From: a virus
IMG/VR virus record: IMGVR_UViG_3300050120_000158
Location: 1-64,000 of that record
Direction: 5' to 3' (one strand)
Length of the DNA stretch: 64,000 bases
Positions 9,612-19,073 of this stretch are shown here, in pieces (within the stretch, counting starts at the first letter, position 1; each line of letters opens with the position of its first letter). The translations under genes and the position numbers were made by a program. The notes under the pieces were generated by a model. That model was not told the DNA's origin. It saw only the letters and a list, made by a program, of their open reading frames with translations, and did not search any database.

Positions 9612-9826
9612 TTACCTAACTTCTTAGTGGAGCGTGGATAGGAACCCATTTAGGAGCTTCATGTAGTCCATGAGGGTTTTATAGGTTTTCATGAGGCGCT
9701 TAAATAGTTCGCCGCCGAAACGCTTGAGCGCATACGGCAGCAACAGCACCAAAATCTTTTGCGAGACTAGACAAAAGACGAGCGTTGCAGCGGTTCCAAG
9801 AGCGATGTTACGGAACCGCTGCAATG

Positions 9827-10378
9827 TTATTCTCGCATCCTGACGATGGGTTCGCCGCCCCGGTACGGTACTTGGGAAAGCCGCCTGATAAGCAGAGCCG
9901 CTTCGCTACCGGCTTCCTCAAGATCATCCTCGGTAGCTACCAATTCCGGCAGCGGCGTTGATCGGGGTCTGGACGGCGGCGGCGCGGGTTCAGGGGCTTT
10001 CGCAACTTGTGCATCCTCCGCTATCCGCCTTAGCTTGGCCGCTTCGTCGGAAGCACGCCTACCAAGGATACCAAGATCGCATATTGCCTCTGCGAGGATT
10101 TCCGGGGATGCCTTGGCATTGCTGAGAATGAGTGCAAGCGACATGAGCTTGATCGCCGCGTATGTCTGCGCTCCGATTGGATGGGCGGGCCACTCGACCC
10201 CCGCCTTCTCGCAGATGTAGTTGAACGCGATGTTCTCGGCGAGCGCCTTGAGCGTCGATCCGCCGTAAATTTCCGTGTCACGCCTGTACAGTGCGTTACC
10301 GCGTTCGATAACGTCCCTTGAGAATAGGCCGACGATACCGTCCTCGGACGCATCGCTTGGTGCGGGCTGGGCATTCAT
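9827..10378 (-). CDS. hypothetical protein
   Basis: GGAG RBS; ORF. Confidence 0.65.
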   Translation of the reverse strand: MNAQPAPSDASEDGIVGLFSRDVIERGNALYRRDTEIYGGSTLKALAENIAFNYICEKAGVEWPAHPIGAQTYAAIKLMSLALILSNAKASPEILAEAICDLGILGRRASDEAAKLRRIAEDAQVAKAPEPAPPPSRPRSTPLPELVATEDDLEEAGSEAALLIRRLSQVPYRGGEPIVRMRE

Positions 10379-10478
10379 TATGGTTAGCTCCGGTTTGACC
10401 GTGTTGAGGGAATTAAACCGATTAATGGTCAGTGGTGCAAGTAATCGTTACTCGTCTTCGGGTGCAGGTTCCTGCAAG

Positions 10479-10766
10479 CTAAGCAGCGCCGGGAACGGTA
10501 ACCTCGATATCATGACGGGCCGCCATAGCCGCCAGATCGGCAAACTCGGGCGGCAGATGGTAATCAGTCTCGAATGTCGCGATATCGACCATGAGCGCGA
10601 CCGGTACAATGGTTGTGCGCCCATCTTCCACGATTTGGCAGCAAACAAACGTCGCCGCCTCCCCGTTGTCCTTACGGGTAACGCTGATCAACGTGAGATT
10701 ATTAGCCGCCGCATGCAGCAAGATCGCATCAAGCATAGACTTGTCGAAGGCACCAATAGCGGGCAT
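10479..10766 (-). CDS. hypothetical protein
   Basis: AAGGA RBS, promoter upstream. Confidence 0.65.
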   Translation of the reverse strand: MPAIGAFDKSMLDAILLHAAANNLTLISVTRKDNGEAATFVCCQIVEDGRTTIVPVALMVDIATFETDYHLPPEFADLAAMAARHDIEVTVPGAA

Positions 10767-10824
10767 GCGCTATCCTTTCCGTAAGACCAATAGTATAGCG
10801 GATTATTGTCTGCGCAACAAGCAG

Positions 10825-11235
10825 CTAGCGCGCGGTCTTTATCTTGCGCTTGCTCGGTCTTGCTGGCGCTTTGGGGGAGCGGCTTTTCTCAATAACGATA
10901 TTTCGCTTGGGTATTTTTGTGACGCGGAACCGCATAAACATTCCGCGAACCCTATTGATGATAGCCAAATCCAAACCAAGCATGGTCGGGATAAACTTAC
11001 TATGCACAAATGCGTGATCGAGCGCGTGAGGGAATAAACGAGATGCCTCCGGTATCGGTAGCGGTACCCCATCGATATCTATGATCAAATAGCACTCAAT
11101 AGCATAGCCGGTTGCTTTGAGCGTGTTGAATACATCGTCAGTATTCGCGACCGGCTCGACATAGGGGAGCGTCACGTCTAAGGCAATTCCGCTAGCCCAC
11201 GGGTGGCTCTTGACGGCCTCAATAAGAGAACTCAT
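10825..11235 (-). CDS. hypothetical protein
   Basis: ATGA overlap in operon. Confidence 0.6.
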   Translation of the reverse strand: MSSLIEAVKSHPWASGIALDVTLPYVEPVANTDDVFNTLKATGYAIECYLIIDIDGVPLPIPEASRLFPHALDHAFVHSKFIPTMLGLDLAIINRVRGMFMRFRVTKIPKRNIVIEKSRSPKAPARPSKRKIKTAR

Positions 11236-11663
11236 GTGTCGTTACGCTTTCCAAATACCATATCCCTAAATCGCTGAATTGTTTGCGGGCTTGGCCCCGG
11301 GAGGGCAACTACTGTGCCGGGAGGTAGGTTAAGATCGGACCTAACCGGTACCCCCATATGTATAGCGCCATTGTACGCATGGGGCGCTGGTGCGGTGTTT
11401 TCAGCCGCCTGTCGTAACCTCTCATATACATCGCGCGATACGACTTGCTCCGATGGTACTTCCCCGACAAGTCGGCTAGCCTGCCTAAAGGTATCGGCAG
11501 TAAGCGAGTTGCCTTCCGAGAAAAGCCTGCGTCGTTCTCTACGCGCTTTGTCCGCCTCTATAAATGCGTCAATGGCTACCTGTCCCGGCTTTGCAGGTTC
11601 CTGCACGGGTTCGATTGGTGGTACTGGTTTACTGAAACCAGCTATTCGGCGGGGCTTAAGCAT
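11232..11663 (-). CDS. hypothetical protein
   Basis: Operon overlap. Confidence 0.6.
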   Translation of the reverse strand: MLKPRRIAGFSKPVPPIEPVQEPAKPGQVAIDAFIEADKARRERRRLFSEGNSLTADTFRQASRLVGEVPSEQVVSRDVYERLRQAAENTAPAPHAYNGAIHMGVPVRSDLNLPPGTVVALPGPSPQTIQRFRDMVFGKRNDT

Positions 11664-12237
11664 AGGCGTTGCTCACATAGATGCAGTTGTCCATGGGGAT
11701 AAAGTCGCCGCCGCTTTGGAACCGGCACTTGAACCGGCTTCTACGGGCGGCGGTAACAAGCGGGCCGCCAAGCAAGTCCTTGATAGGAAGCACCGGTTGC
11801 GGAGTGTTGATACTCGCTACAACGTCAACCATAAGCCGACCATCGCGAACGGTGTACCACCAAACCTCAGAATGATCGGTGTCGCTTATGTGCGCGCGGT
11901 TCGATTTCTTGATGATATAGGCAACAGCGGCACAGTTGGCTGGCAGCAACACCTTCTCTAATCGGGCGACGATAAAATCATCCTGTTCGTACTGAATGAT
12001 CTTGCCGTCGATGATCTTGTTAAGTTCCGGCAAGTATAGTTGCGCCATAAAGCCGCCGCTACGAATGGCCTTGAAGCACTGGCCACGATTGAATGCATAG
12101 GGATCAGTAATTGCATCCGTGTATTCGAAATGAAATGCTTCGACCGCTTTCGCTTCTGCTTCAAGCTTCTTGCGCTCGGTATGGGCTTTACTGAAAATGG
12201 TTACGCGCGGTGTTTTCATGGTTCTTTTCTGTTCCAA
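11656..12237 (-). CDS. hypothetical protein
   Basis: Operon overlap. Confidence 0.6.
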   Translation of the reverse strand: MEQKRTMKTPRVTIFSKAHTERKKLEAEAKAVEAFHFEYTDAITDPYAFNRGQCFKAIRSGGFMAQLYLPELNKIIDGKIIQYEQDDFIVARLEKVLLPANCAAVAYIIKKSNRAHISDTDHSEVWWYTVRDGRLMVDVVASINTPQPVLPIKDLLGGPLVTAARRSRFKCRFQSGGDFIPMDNCIYVSNAYA

Positions 12238-12419
12238 TCATCGCGTTTAGTTTCGGCTAGGTGAAGAAGGGCCGCTTCATCGACCTTCTCACCTAGCTTG
12301 GTTTGCCCGCTGTCATATCTGAATTCTTCGTAGACACCGAAACCTTTGGTGGAACGAAGAACGATGTACCTTTTATCGGTGGCCATTGTTGGCTCCTGTT
12401 CGTTGAGAGAGATCGTCAC
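12216..12419 (-). CDS. hypothetical protein
   Basis: ORF; true start probably the internal MATDK. Confidence 0.5.
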   Translation of the reverse strand: MTISLNEQEPTMATDKRYIVLRSTKGFGVYEEFRYDSGQTKLGEKVDEAALLHLAETKRDDWNRKEP

Positions 12420-12440
12420 TCAACGCAACAGAACTAAGCG

Positions 12441-12701
12441 CTACACAAGCACCTGATGGCTCAACGCAGCGCGGTTACGCCACCACGTTGTTTTGCGATC
12501 CAGCTTGGCGCGTTGGGCCGGATCGGCGATAACATCGATGCCGACGATGGTGGCACCGGGAACGTCCGTCTTGAACTGGGCTTCCGCCTTGGCGATTGCG
12601 ATATCAGCATCGCCCGGGTTGGGAACAATAACCTGATACGCAACCACCCTGCTTTCATCCAGAACGGTAAACTCGACGGCGTAGGCGTGTTGATTGGCCA
12701 T
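12441..12701 (-). CDS. hypothetical protein
   Basis: GGAG RBS, promoter upstream. Confidence 0.6.
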   Translation of the reverse strand: MANQHAYAVEFTVLDESRVVAYQVIVPNPGDADIAIAKAEAQFKTDVPGATIVGIDVIADPAQRAKLDRKTTWWRNRAALSHQVLV

Positions 12702-12751
12702 AGTGGCTCCAAGGTTAATTCGGGATTTGGAGCCGATAGTATAGCAGATTT

Positions 12752-13408
12752 TTAGTCCCGCACAACCCGATGGTTGATCGTACATTTGTTGGTCGATTTC
12801 ACGATTGTAATAATCAACTGGTCACCGAGTTCCGCAAATTTGCCGATACGTTCCGCCTCAACTTCGATCCTGCGGAATAGTACAGCAGTCTCGTCGGAAT
12901 TCGGGTATCGCTTTTGTGCATCCCGGTAACCGTACCTGAATAGCCCTGCCATAGCCTTAAGCTGTACGGGGCTGAAATAGTCATCGACGCTGAATTCATC
13001 ATCTGAAAATTCGCGCCTAATGAAATCCGAGATACCTGTACAGAACTTTTGGATTTCGCTTTCCCAGTCCTCTAGCGGCTTCTTGGAAATGCGCGGGTCG
13101 GCTATCGAAGGCCACTCTTTGCCTTGTCCGACCTGATTAACGAAGTCCACGAATTCAGCCTGAGTGTGCCCCGCCCAACCATGAACGTCATTCAAGCGGT
13201 GCCAGTAGCCGCCCTCGGCGCGAATGTACAGCATGCGACCGAACGCAATGAGTTCATCGGCGATAGAACCGCTATCTCCGCGTCCATGTTCAAGGATATC
13301 GTGCGGTACGACTAGGGCACCGAGAGGATCAGCGCCGGGTATCCATTTCGGACGCCAGCCGTTCCAGCCGCCTTCTTGGTGTTCGGCGTAGTCGAAAACG
13401 TAGCGCAT
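12752..13408 (-). CDS. hypothetical protein with H-D-x-x-E-H putative metal-binding motif
   Basis: PHDILEH; GGAG RBS. Confidence 0.65.
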   Translation of the reverse strand: MRYVFDYAEHQEGGWNGWRPKWIPGADPLGALVVPHDILEHGRGDSGSIADELIAFGRMLYIRAEGGYWHRLNDVHGWAGHTQAEFVDFVNQVGQGKEWPSIADPRISKKPLEDWESEIQKFCTGISDFIRREFSDDEFSVDDYFSPVQLKAMAGLFRYGYRDAQKRYPNSDETAVLFRRIEVEAERIGKFAELGDQLIITIVKSTNKCTINHRVVRD

Positions 13409-13475
13409 CGTAATCTCCGGGGTTTGCAGGAACCTGCACCGAGGTTCCCGCTATGTTGCACCCGGAAGAATACGG

Positions 13476-13886
13476 CTAGTTAACTCGGCTCGCAAGCGCC
13501 GTTGACTGGCCTTGCCGACGAACGGCCCGGCTTACCAACGTCTTGAATTGCTTGAGGCGGGATTTGGGGTCTTCGGAGAATAGCCTCGTGCTGGGCTGGT
13601 AGTACCAATTCTGTTCGCCGTTGATATGGCAGAACAAGATATGCCCGGTAATGAAGATATGCGTTCTCGGGCTGAAGTGGTAATCGGTCCAAGCTGGCCG
13701 GATCGACAGGTTCATGTCGCCTATCGTAACTGTGAGATTTTCGTAGAAAGGTAGATACTCCGCTTTGAATTTCTTCTTGTCCATAACGGTCCCCATCGGG
13801 AGCGCTTCGGCAAAGAGTGCTAACAGCGGTTCTGGCATCAAGTGTTGCGTTGTAACGTCTACTCCGGTCCTTGATATAATAGGCAT
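13476..13886 (-). CDS. hypothetical protein
   Basis: ORF. Confidence 0.55.
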   Translation of the reverse strand: MPIISRTGVDVTTQHLMPEPLLALFAEALPMGTVMDKKKFKAEYLPFYENLTVTIGDMNLSIRPAWTDYHFSPRTHIFITGHILFCHINGEQNWYYQPSTRLFSEDPKSRLKQFKTLVSRAVRRQGQSTALASRVN

Positions 13887-13904
13887 CTTGTGTTCCCCAC
13901 AATC

Positions 13905-14393
13905 TTAATGTGTTTGGTCGTTGCTATTCTTGTTGAGTAGTTCATAAGAATACTCCCGCAAAACTTGGACCCCCGCCAAAACGATAACTTGGTTGAGCGT
14001 AGCTCCATACGCGCGAAACTGATCTTGCTTGTCGTTGCCGATCTTGGCCCCGTAGTCGATCACTTTGCCCGCTAGATCTGGGTCTTTAAAAAGCACCCTG
14101 CGATCCTCGGCTGTAATCGGTATTATCCTAAGCTCCCCGAACTGCATCGCCCAAGTAATAGCGCGTTGCAGGTTTTCGAGAGCGTCACCAAAAGGCACGT
14201 ATGCCTCGCCAAAAATTGTCTTGACATAGGGATCGAGCAACACGCCGATGGCGATGTGGTCGCTGATTTTCCAATCGTACACTTCCTTGAATACGATTTC
14301 AAGGTGTTCGTCGGCGTGTTTTCCTAAACTTTCGTCCGTATATATACGGTGCGGCATTTGTGATGCATCCTTTTTGTTGCCGATCAATACCAA
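13905..14393 (-). CDS. hypothetical protein
   Basis: ORF in operon. Confidence 0.6.
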   Translation of the reverse strand: MVLIGNKKDASQMPHRIYTDESLGKHADEHLEIVFKEVYDWKISDHIAIGVLLDPYVKTIFGEAYVPFGDALENLQRAITWAMQFGELRIIPITAEDRRVLFKDPDLAGKVIDYGAKIGNDKQDQFRAYGATLNQVIVLAGVQVLREYSYELLNKNSNDQTH

Positions 14394-15766
14394 AGATTAC
14401 TTACGGTTTCGTGCAGCCACTCCGGCCACCGAACGTCCTCCCAGTTGCATTCGATTGTCCCAAACTGATTAAAGGCGAGGTGTCGCCAGTTTACGCCCAT
14501 GTACGCGCCGCACAGTCGCAGATCGTAATGCTCTTGCGTTGCTCCGGGTTGCCACTCGGCGGGATAGCGCCGCAGTAGTGCTTTACCGGCCCAAGTATGG
14601 TTATCGTGAGCATATACCGGGATTGTGGGGGCTACCCCGAGGCGTAGGGAGGGGGCAGGGGCACGTAATACCGCGTTAAACGCCGGGGGCTGTAGCAGTC
14701 CCGCCCCGAACGGTTCGCCAAGCAAAAAATCGACCAGATTGTTTAATTCGTGGTACCCGATCCCTAGCTTGTTGAGCGCCCTCTTGGAGATTTGATCCAT
14801 GAGCATCCCTAGATGCTTTTTATCGACCTTCGCTATGATCGCCTTGTCACTGCAAAGCTCGTTGATGATCCAAGCCCGGTGTGCGTCGATATCGCCGGTC
14901 TTGAGTTTTTGCAATCCCTTAAGACCATATTGCGTAGTCATGCGGTCGCCGTCGCGAAGGCCGGTCTTGAGGGCTTCGATAAGCTTTTTCTTATGCTTAT
15001 CGTCAATGATGTTTCCGCCTTTGGCAACGTCCCGCCCGAATTCGTTGACGAGCATTTCATATCCGCGCATTTCTTCCATAAGGAAATCGAAATGCGACGG
15101 CAGTTCCCATTTCTTTTTGGACGCGCAAAATAGGGCGATGCCGGTACGCATGAGGCCGTAATCCATTTCGGCATTCGGTGGCCCGATCATGATTTTGGCA
15201 AGCCAACCGGCAAGAACGTGATCCCGGGTTTCCTCGTAAATGATATTAAGCATGTACTTGATGACGCCGCGAACACCCCGGAAGTTGGCTAGCATCGTTC
15301 CCCAGAATACCGCTTGATCGACACTACGCCGACGAAGTTCTTTGTGGAATGCGCTAACAACCTCAAACATGTTATAGCGGCTGCATACCTCTTTGGCGTA
15401 GGCCGCTTGCATAGCGGGAGGCCGACCTGCTTTGTCCACGATATCCGCCATGGCGCGGATTTTGTGGGAGCATGCGATGTTACGAACCCACATTTCGTTT
15501 TTGACGTGCCATTGCCACGGGCCGCCCCGGATGCATTTGCAGGTTCCTGCAAGAAGATCGACGTTGTATACCGGCCCTTCGATGTTCTTGGCCTTATGGG
15601 CGGCGGATGCATAAACGTCGGACTTGGTATTGAACGCCGGATGCAGCGGCATGAACTTGGTCGGAAGCGGCGTGTTAGACGGCAGCTTCTCGATAGGCGT
15701 ATCTATTATTCCGTCGTCTTTAGCAATAGGGGCTTTGGTCGGCAACTTGAGCCGCTTAAGTGCCAT
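14384..15766 (-). CDS. SWIM Zn-finger plus RarA/MgsA C-terminal-like domain protein
   Basis: CKC...CSHK (SWIM); FEVVSAFHKELRR..DQAVFW; IPVYAHDNHT; no Walker A. Confidence 0.6.
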   Translation of the reverse strand: MALKRLKLPTKAPIAKDDGIIDTPIEKLPSNTPLPTKFMPLHPAFNTKSDVYASAAHKAKNIEGPVYNVDLLAGTCKCIRGGPWQWHVKNEMWVRNIACSHKIRAMADIVDKAGRPPAMQAAYAKEVCSRYNMFEVVSAFHKELRRRSVDQAVFWGTMLANFRGVRGVIKYMLNIIYEETRDHVLAGWLAKIMIGPPNAEMDYGLMRTGIALFCASKKKWELPSHFDFLMEEMRGYEMLVNEFGRDVAKGGNIIDDKHKKKLIEALKTGLRDGDRMTTQYGLKGLQKLKTGDIDAHRAWIINELCSDKAIIAKVDKKHLGMLMDQISKRALNKLGIGYHELNNLVDFLLGEPFGAGLLQPPAFNAVLRAPAPSLRLGVAPTIPVYAHDNHTWAGKALLRRYPAEWQPGATQEHYDLRLCGAYMGVNWRHLAFNQFGTIECNWEDVRWPEWLHETVSNLWY

Positions 15767-15808
15767 TGGGGTTTTCCCGGATTTCAAGGGTTTCGGCGCT
15801 AGTAGCAG

Positions 15809-15837
15809 AGTATCGCGGATTGTTAGTCACCGGTCAA
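15809..15837 (-). promoter_or_regulatory. sigma70-like promoter
   Basis: TTGACC-N17-GATACT on the minus strand. Confidence 0.55.
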
Positions 15838-16390
15838 GGGGAACCACGCCGTATTTGCCTGCCATCACGAAGTATTCATCAACCTGCTCGATACCAAGTA
15901 GCTTCTCGAAACGCACCTGCGACCGGCGCAAGTTAGCTATTAGTACCTTGTCTACCATAACCCGCTTAACACCTAGCGACCGTTGATGGGTATACCAAGC
16001 GTAGACCGGCTGAACTTGATGGTAGAACCAGATCGTCCTTTCGTTACGCTGCGATCCAACCACCTTAATCATAGGTTCCGGCATAACACCGATACTGACC
16101 CATCTGAATAAGGTAACGCGATCTATAGCGAAAAGATTGCAGATCGTTTTCGCGGTATATGCCTTAGTGGTGATGCCCTGATACAGGAAGGGTTTGCCGT
16201 TAGCCCTTAGCTGGAAGCCGTACCGGTAGGGCAGCGCTATGGCTTTATAGCCTGCGCTGTAGGCTTTGGCCTTACCCCAGCGCTGCACGGTATTAGGATT
16301 TTTTGATGGGTAGAACTCTATTGACGCGGGGTCTTGGCCCCGTTCGGCTGGGCGAGGGGTATATTGTTTTCGTCTCGACCGGAACGCCAT
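15827..16390 (-). CDS. MerR-like HTH DNA-binding protein
   Basis: YTAKTICNLFAIDRVTLFRWVSIGVMPEP. Confidence 0.7.
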   Translation of the reverse strand: MAFRSRRKQYTPRPAERGQDPASIEFYPSKNPNTVQRWGKAKAYSAGYKAIALPYRYGFQLRANGKPFLYQGITTKAYTAKTICNLFAIDRVTLFRWVSIGVMPEPMIKVVGSQRNERTIWFYHQVQPVYAWYTHQRSLGVKRVMVDKVLIANLRRSQVRFEKLLGIEQVDEYFVMAGKYGVVPLDR

Positions 16391-16697
16391 GGTTTTTAAG
16401 GATTTCTGACTTGCCGAATTTTATAGCTCTAGCAATTGCGCGCTCAACAAACGCATCGCCGAGTTTCCATGGGTAGGTGCATCCGGGTGCCCTGCCCCAT
16501 ACGAGGTATTCCCTATAAGGGATTTCCTTGTCGCCGTTGCAAGTATAGCACTTGCCGGGAATATATCCTTTGCATTCTGGGCATTGAACGTGCCCCGGCG
16601 AATACTTCAGCGGTTCGCAAACCGGGATACGAAAAAGGCGGCGGGTTATCGTTTTATGCGACGACGGTGCCACTCTATCAAACTTTCTGATCGGCAT
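16293..16697 (-). CDS. hypothetical Zn-binding protein
   Basis: CPECKG..CYTCNG (DnaJ-type Zn repeats). Confidence 0.5.
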   Translation of the reverse strand: MPIRKFDRVAPSSHKTITRRLFRIPVCEPLKYSPGHVQCPECKGYIPGKCYTCNGDKEIPYREYLVWGRAPGCTYPWKLGDAFVERAIARAIKFGKSEILKNHGVPVETKTIYPSPSRTGPRPRVNRVLPIKKS

Positions 16698-17008
16698 GTA
16701 GTACCCGCTTTGCGTTCATGAGGTTCCGCTACACGCTTTAATATCAAATAAGGTTCTATAGTAAAGTAGACCTTTCGTGCCGTCGCGTGAGTTACGCGCC
16801 AATACCATTGTGGTTTATAATGCACTTTACTTACTTTATGTGGCTGCACCCTTCCACCAAACGTTAAATGTAACAAATCTATAATTGGCTTATAAGTCAT
16901 GCCAACAGAAATATAGAAAACTGGTTGTTGGGAGCTTGATTTAGGTCCACGCTGATAATACCCAACGCTTCCCTCGCCATCTATAATGCCACCTAAATAC
17001 GCTAACAA
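16646..17008 (-). CDS. single-motif LAGLIDADG homing endonuclease
   Basis: LAYLGGIIDGEGS; FGG; IEPYLILKR; AT-rich; probable TTG start at 17008. Confidence 0.8.
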   Translation of the reverse strand: MLAYLGGIIDGEGSVGYYQRGPKSSSQQPVFYISVGMTYKPIIDLLHLTFGGRVQPHKVSKVHYKPQWYWRVTHATARKVYFTIEPYLILKRVAEPHERKAGTTCRSESLIEWHRRRIKR

Positions 17009-17021
17009 ATGTGTACCTGTT

Positions 17022-17047
17022 AAAAAGGGCGGCGTTGCCGCCGCCCT
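17022..17047 (-). terminator. intrinsic terminator
   Basis: AGGGCGGCG/CGCCGCCCT stem plus U-tract. Confidence 0.8.
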
Positions 17048-17072
17048 ATCCAGTGCCTTGATCGGCAACGGC

Positions 17073-18329
17073 TTACGCCGCAGCGGCCACGGCAACGTTC
17101 GCCGGATGGTCGGCGGGCAGCTTGACGCCACCCTTAACCAGTGCGTTCCGCTTGCGGGTAACCGCAGCAGCCGCCTTCGGCGCGACTTCGGCCAGATGAT
17201 CGCCGGCCCATTCGGTAACGATGTGTTCGAACACCGCATTCAGGTCCGTGGTGCCGAGTTGCTTTTGAGCGGCCTTGAGGATCATTTCGATCCCTTCGCC
17301 CTGATCCTCGAAAAGCTTGAACGCGAACTCGGTTTTCTTGATCGTCGCCCTCGCGGCGGCGGTCCCACGAGCATTGACGCCGCCCTCAGACGTGTAGCTC
17401 GTCTTGAGGATTTCCGACATTTGATCGTAGTTGTTGGTCTTGGCAACCTCGATCACTTCGGCGGCGTTGTCGTCGGTGATGAAGCGAGCGAGCTTCTGTG
17501 CCTTCCACCAGCCGAGCGTCGAGATTTCCTTGATGACGGTCGCGGCGTTCGAAAGCGACGAAATGCTCTCGTAAATCGCGATCAAGTCCATGACCTTCCG
17601 ATAGCCGCCGAGGCTTTCGGAGAAGTTGTCCTTGAGGAAAGCTTCGAAGCCTTCCTTGCTGTCCTCGTAGTTGACATTGGCGTCGTTGGCGTAGCCCGTG
17701 AACAGCGACTTGCCGTCCTCGCCCTTTTCCTTGTAGAGCTTGGCCATGACGCCGCCGAAGTAGAAGAAGCCCTTCTCGATATCCCCGAAAATCTTCTGGG
17801 CGATCAAGAGCGGGTCACCGTCGCTCTGCTTGAGGTAATTGGCCATTTCGCCAACGACCGGCAGATGGAACGGAGCCTCAACAACCTTGCTGGTGCGCTT
17901 GGCTTCTCTCGCCAAGATTTCTTCGCCAGCCGGGCCGTTCTCCGGGTCCGCAATGTAGGCGTGGTAGTCGGCCTTCTTGACGACGCCAAGAACCTGATCG
18001 CCATCGCGCTGAACTTCGCTAACGACGGCGAGTTCTTCGCCCGGCGTAAAGAGGCCATCGGTCTTCTCGATGGTGTTCTCTGGGTTGGCAGGATCGGGGA
18101 TCGGGCTGTAACCATTGAAGACGACAATCGAACCCTGATCGTAGGGCTTTGTCTCGGGCTTGGGCTTCGCGACCTTGGGGGCCGGTTTTGCAGCGGCAGC
18201 GGGCTTCGCGGCGGGCTTCGCGGCGGCCTTTGCTCTCGGCTTCGCCAGCGTCGGCTTGGCGGCGGGCTTTGCCAGCGCGGGCTTTGCAGCAGCGGCGGGC
18301 TTGGCAGCGGGTTTAGCGAGTGGAGCCAT
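17073..18329 (-). CDS. protein with histone H1-like (PAAK) N-terminal repeats, likely highly expressed
   Basis: AKPAAKP repeats; strong GC3 codon bias; own promoter and terminator. Confidence 0.8.
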   Translation of the reverse strand: MAPLAKPAAKPAAAAKPALAKPAAKPTLAKPRAKAAAKPAAKPAAAAKPAPKVAKPKPETKPYDQGSIVVFNGYSPIPDPANPENTIEKTDGLFTPGEELAVVSEVQRDGDQVLGVVKKADYHAYIADPENGPAGEEILAREAKRTSKVVEAPFHLPVVGEMANYLKQSDGDPLLIAQKIFGDIEKGFFYFGGVMAKLYKEKGEDGKSLFTGYANDANVNYEDSKEGFEAFLKDNFSESLGGYRKVMDLIAIYESISSLSNAATVIKEISTLGWWKAQKLARFITDDNAAEVIEVAKTNNYDQMSEILKTSYTSEGGVNARGTAAARATIKKTEFAFKLFEDQGEGIEMILKAAQKQLGTTDLNAVFEHIVTEWAGDHLAEVAPKAAAAVTRKRNALVKGGVKLPADHPANVAVAAAA

Positions 18330-18335
18330 GGTTGA

Positions 18336-19073
18336 TTACCTCGTTGGCGTTAAAAATAATCGGGTGGGTCGGCTAGTGTTTTGCAGAGTAGGCTTGGGTC
18401 TAAGGATTGTCAATGACGTTTTTATCGCAGATTGTTTGTTGATAATTCTTAAGTTACTGCAAGGCTTTGTGGCGGGATAACCCTGTGCAGTTGCAGGTTC
18501 CTGCAAGGCTTTATAATGCGGCAACGCCGGATGCTTTACAATCGTTAATGACTGCCCTTCAAGATTTGCCACGAGATATCTTGTCAGACAGAACGCATCC
18601 ACTAGGTTGTCGTTCCCTGATACGAACCCAAAACGCATATGAGCGGCGTGGGCCATATCGGCTTTCTCATGGGTTCCGTGGCCCATGAATTTCTTGAGCG
18701 CTTTAGGGGCTACTAGGTAAATATCAAATCCAAATATCGTTAGTGCAATGTACTTGATGGTGCCGATAAGTTCGGCTCTAGTAAACGCTTTGCCGGTATT
18801 CTTGCCGAATGCGTAGTCCTCAATAACAACCGCTGTATTACCGGCATACTTCCTGAATACGTCGATTGCGCAAGTGATAATGGCCGCTTGTCGTAGCGGG
18901 TCTTTGAGTGTCTGAAATACCTTGGTGCTAGTTACGATGGGGGATGGCTTAAAGAGGTTGTCAAACTGCCGAATAAGCGGGACCATCCCGGTGTCAGTCA
19001 GGGAAATATCCAGTCCGATGATCGTGTCGTATTTGACACGCCGGATTAAGTTGATCTTCCTAGGTAGCAACAA
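18336..19073 (-). CDS. RuvC-like Holliday junction resolvase
   Basis: IIGLDISLTDTG, VVIEDY, DNLVDA catalytic motifs. Confidence 0.85.
   Translation of the reverse strand: MLLPRKINLIRRVKYDTIIGLDISLTDTGMVPLIRQFDNLFKPSPIVTSTKVFQTLKDPLRQAAIITCAIDVFRKYAGNTAVVIEDYAFGKNTGKAFTRAELIGTIKYIALTIFGFDIYLVAPKALKKFMGHGTHEKADMAHAAHMRFGFVSGNDNLVDAFCLTRYLVANLEGQSLTIVKHPALPHYKALQEPATAQGYPATKPCSNLRIINKQSAIKTSLTILRPKPTLQNTSRPTRLFLTPTR
18385..18413 (-). promoter_or_regulatory. sigma70-like promoter
   Basis: TTGACA-N17-TACTCT. Confidence 0.55.

Noticed and set aside
17009-17239. N-terminal extension of the LAGLIDADG ORF
   Set aside because: Overlaps gene 17073..18329 and its terminator; TTG 17008 is the more plausible start
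16986-18335. Long plus-strand ORFs (also 45113..46471, 21748..22662, 51576..52409)
   Set aside because: Antisense shadows of GC3-biased minus-strand genes
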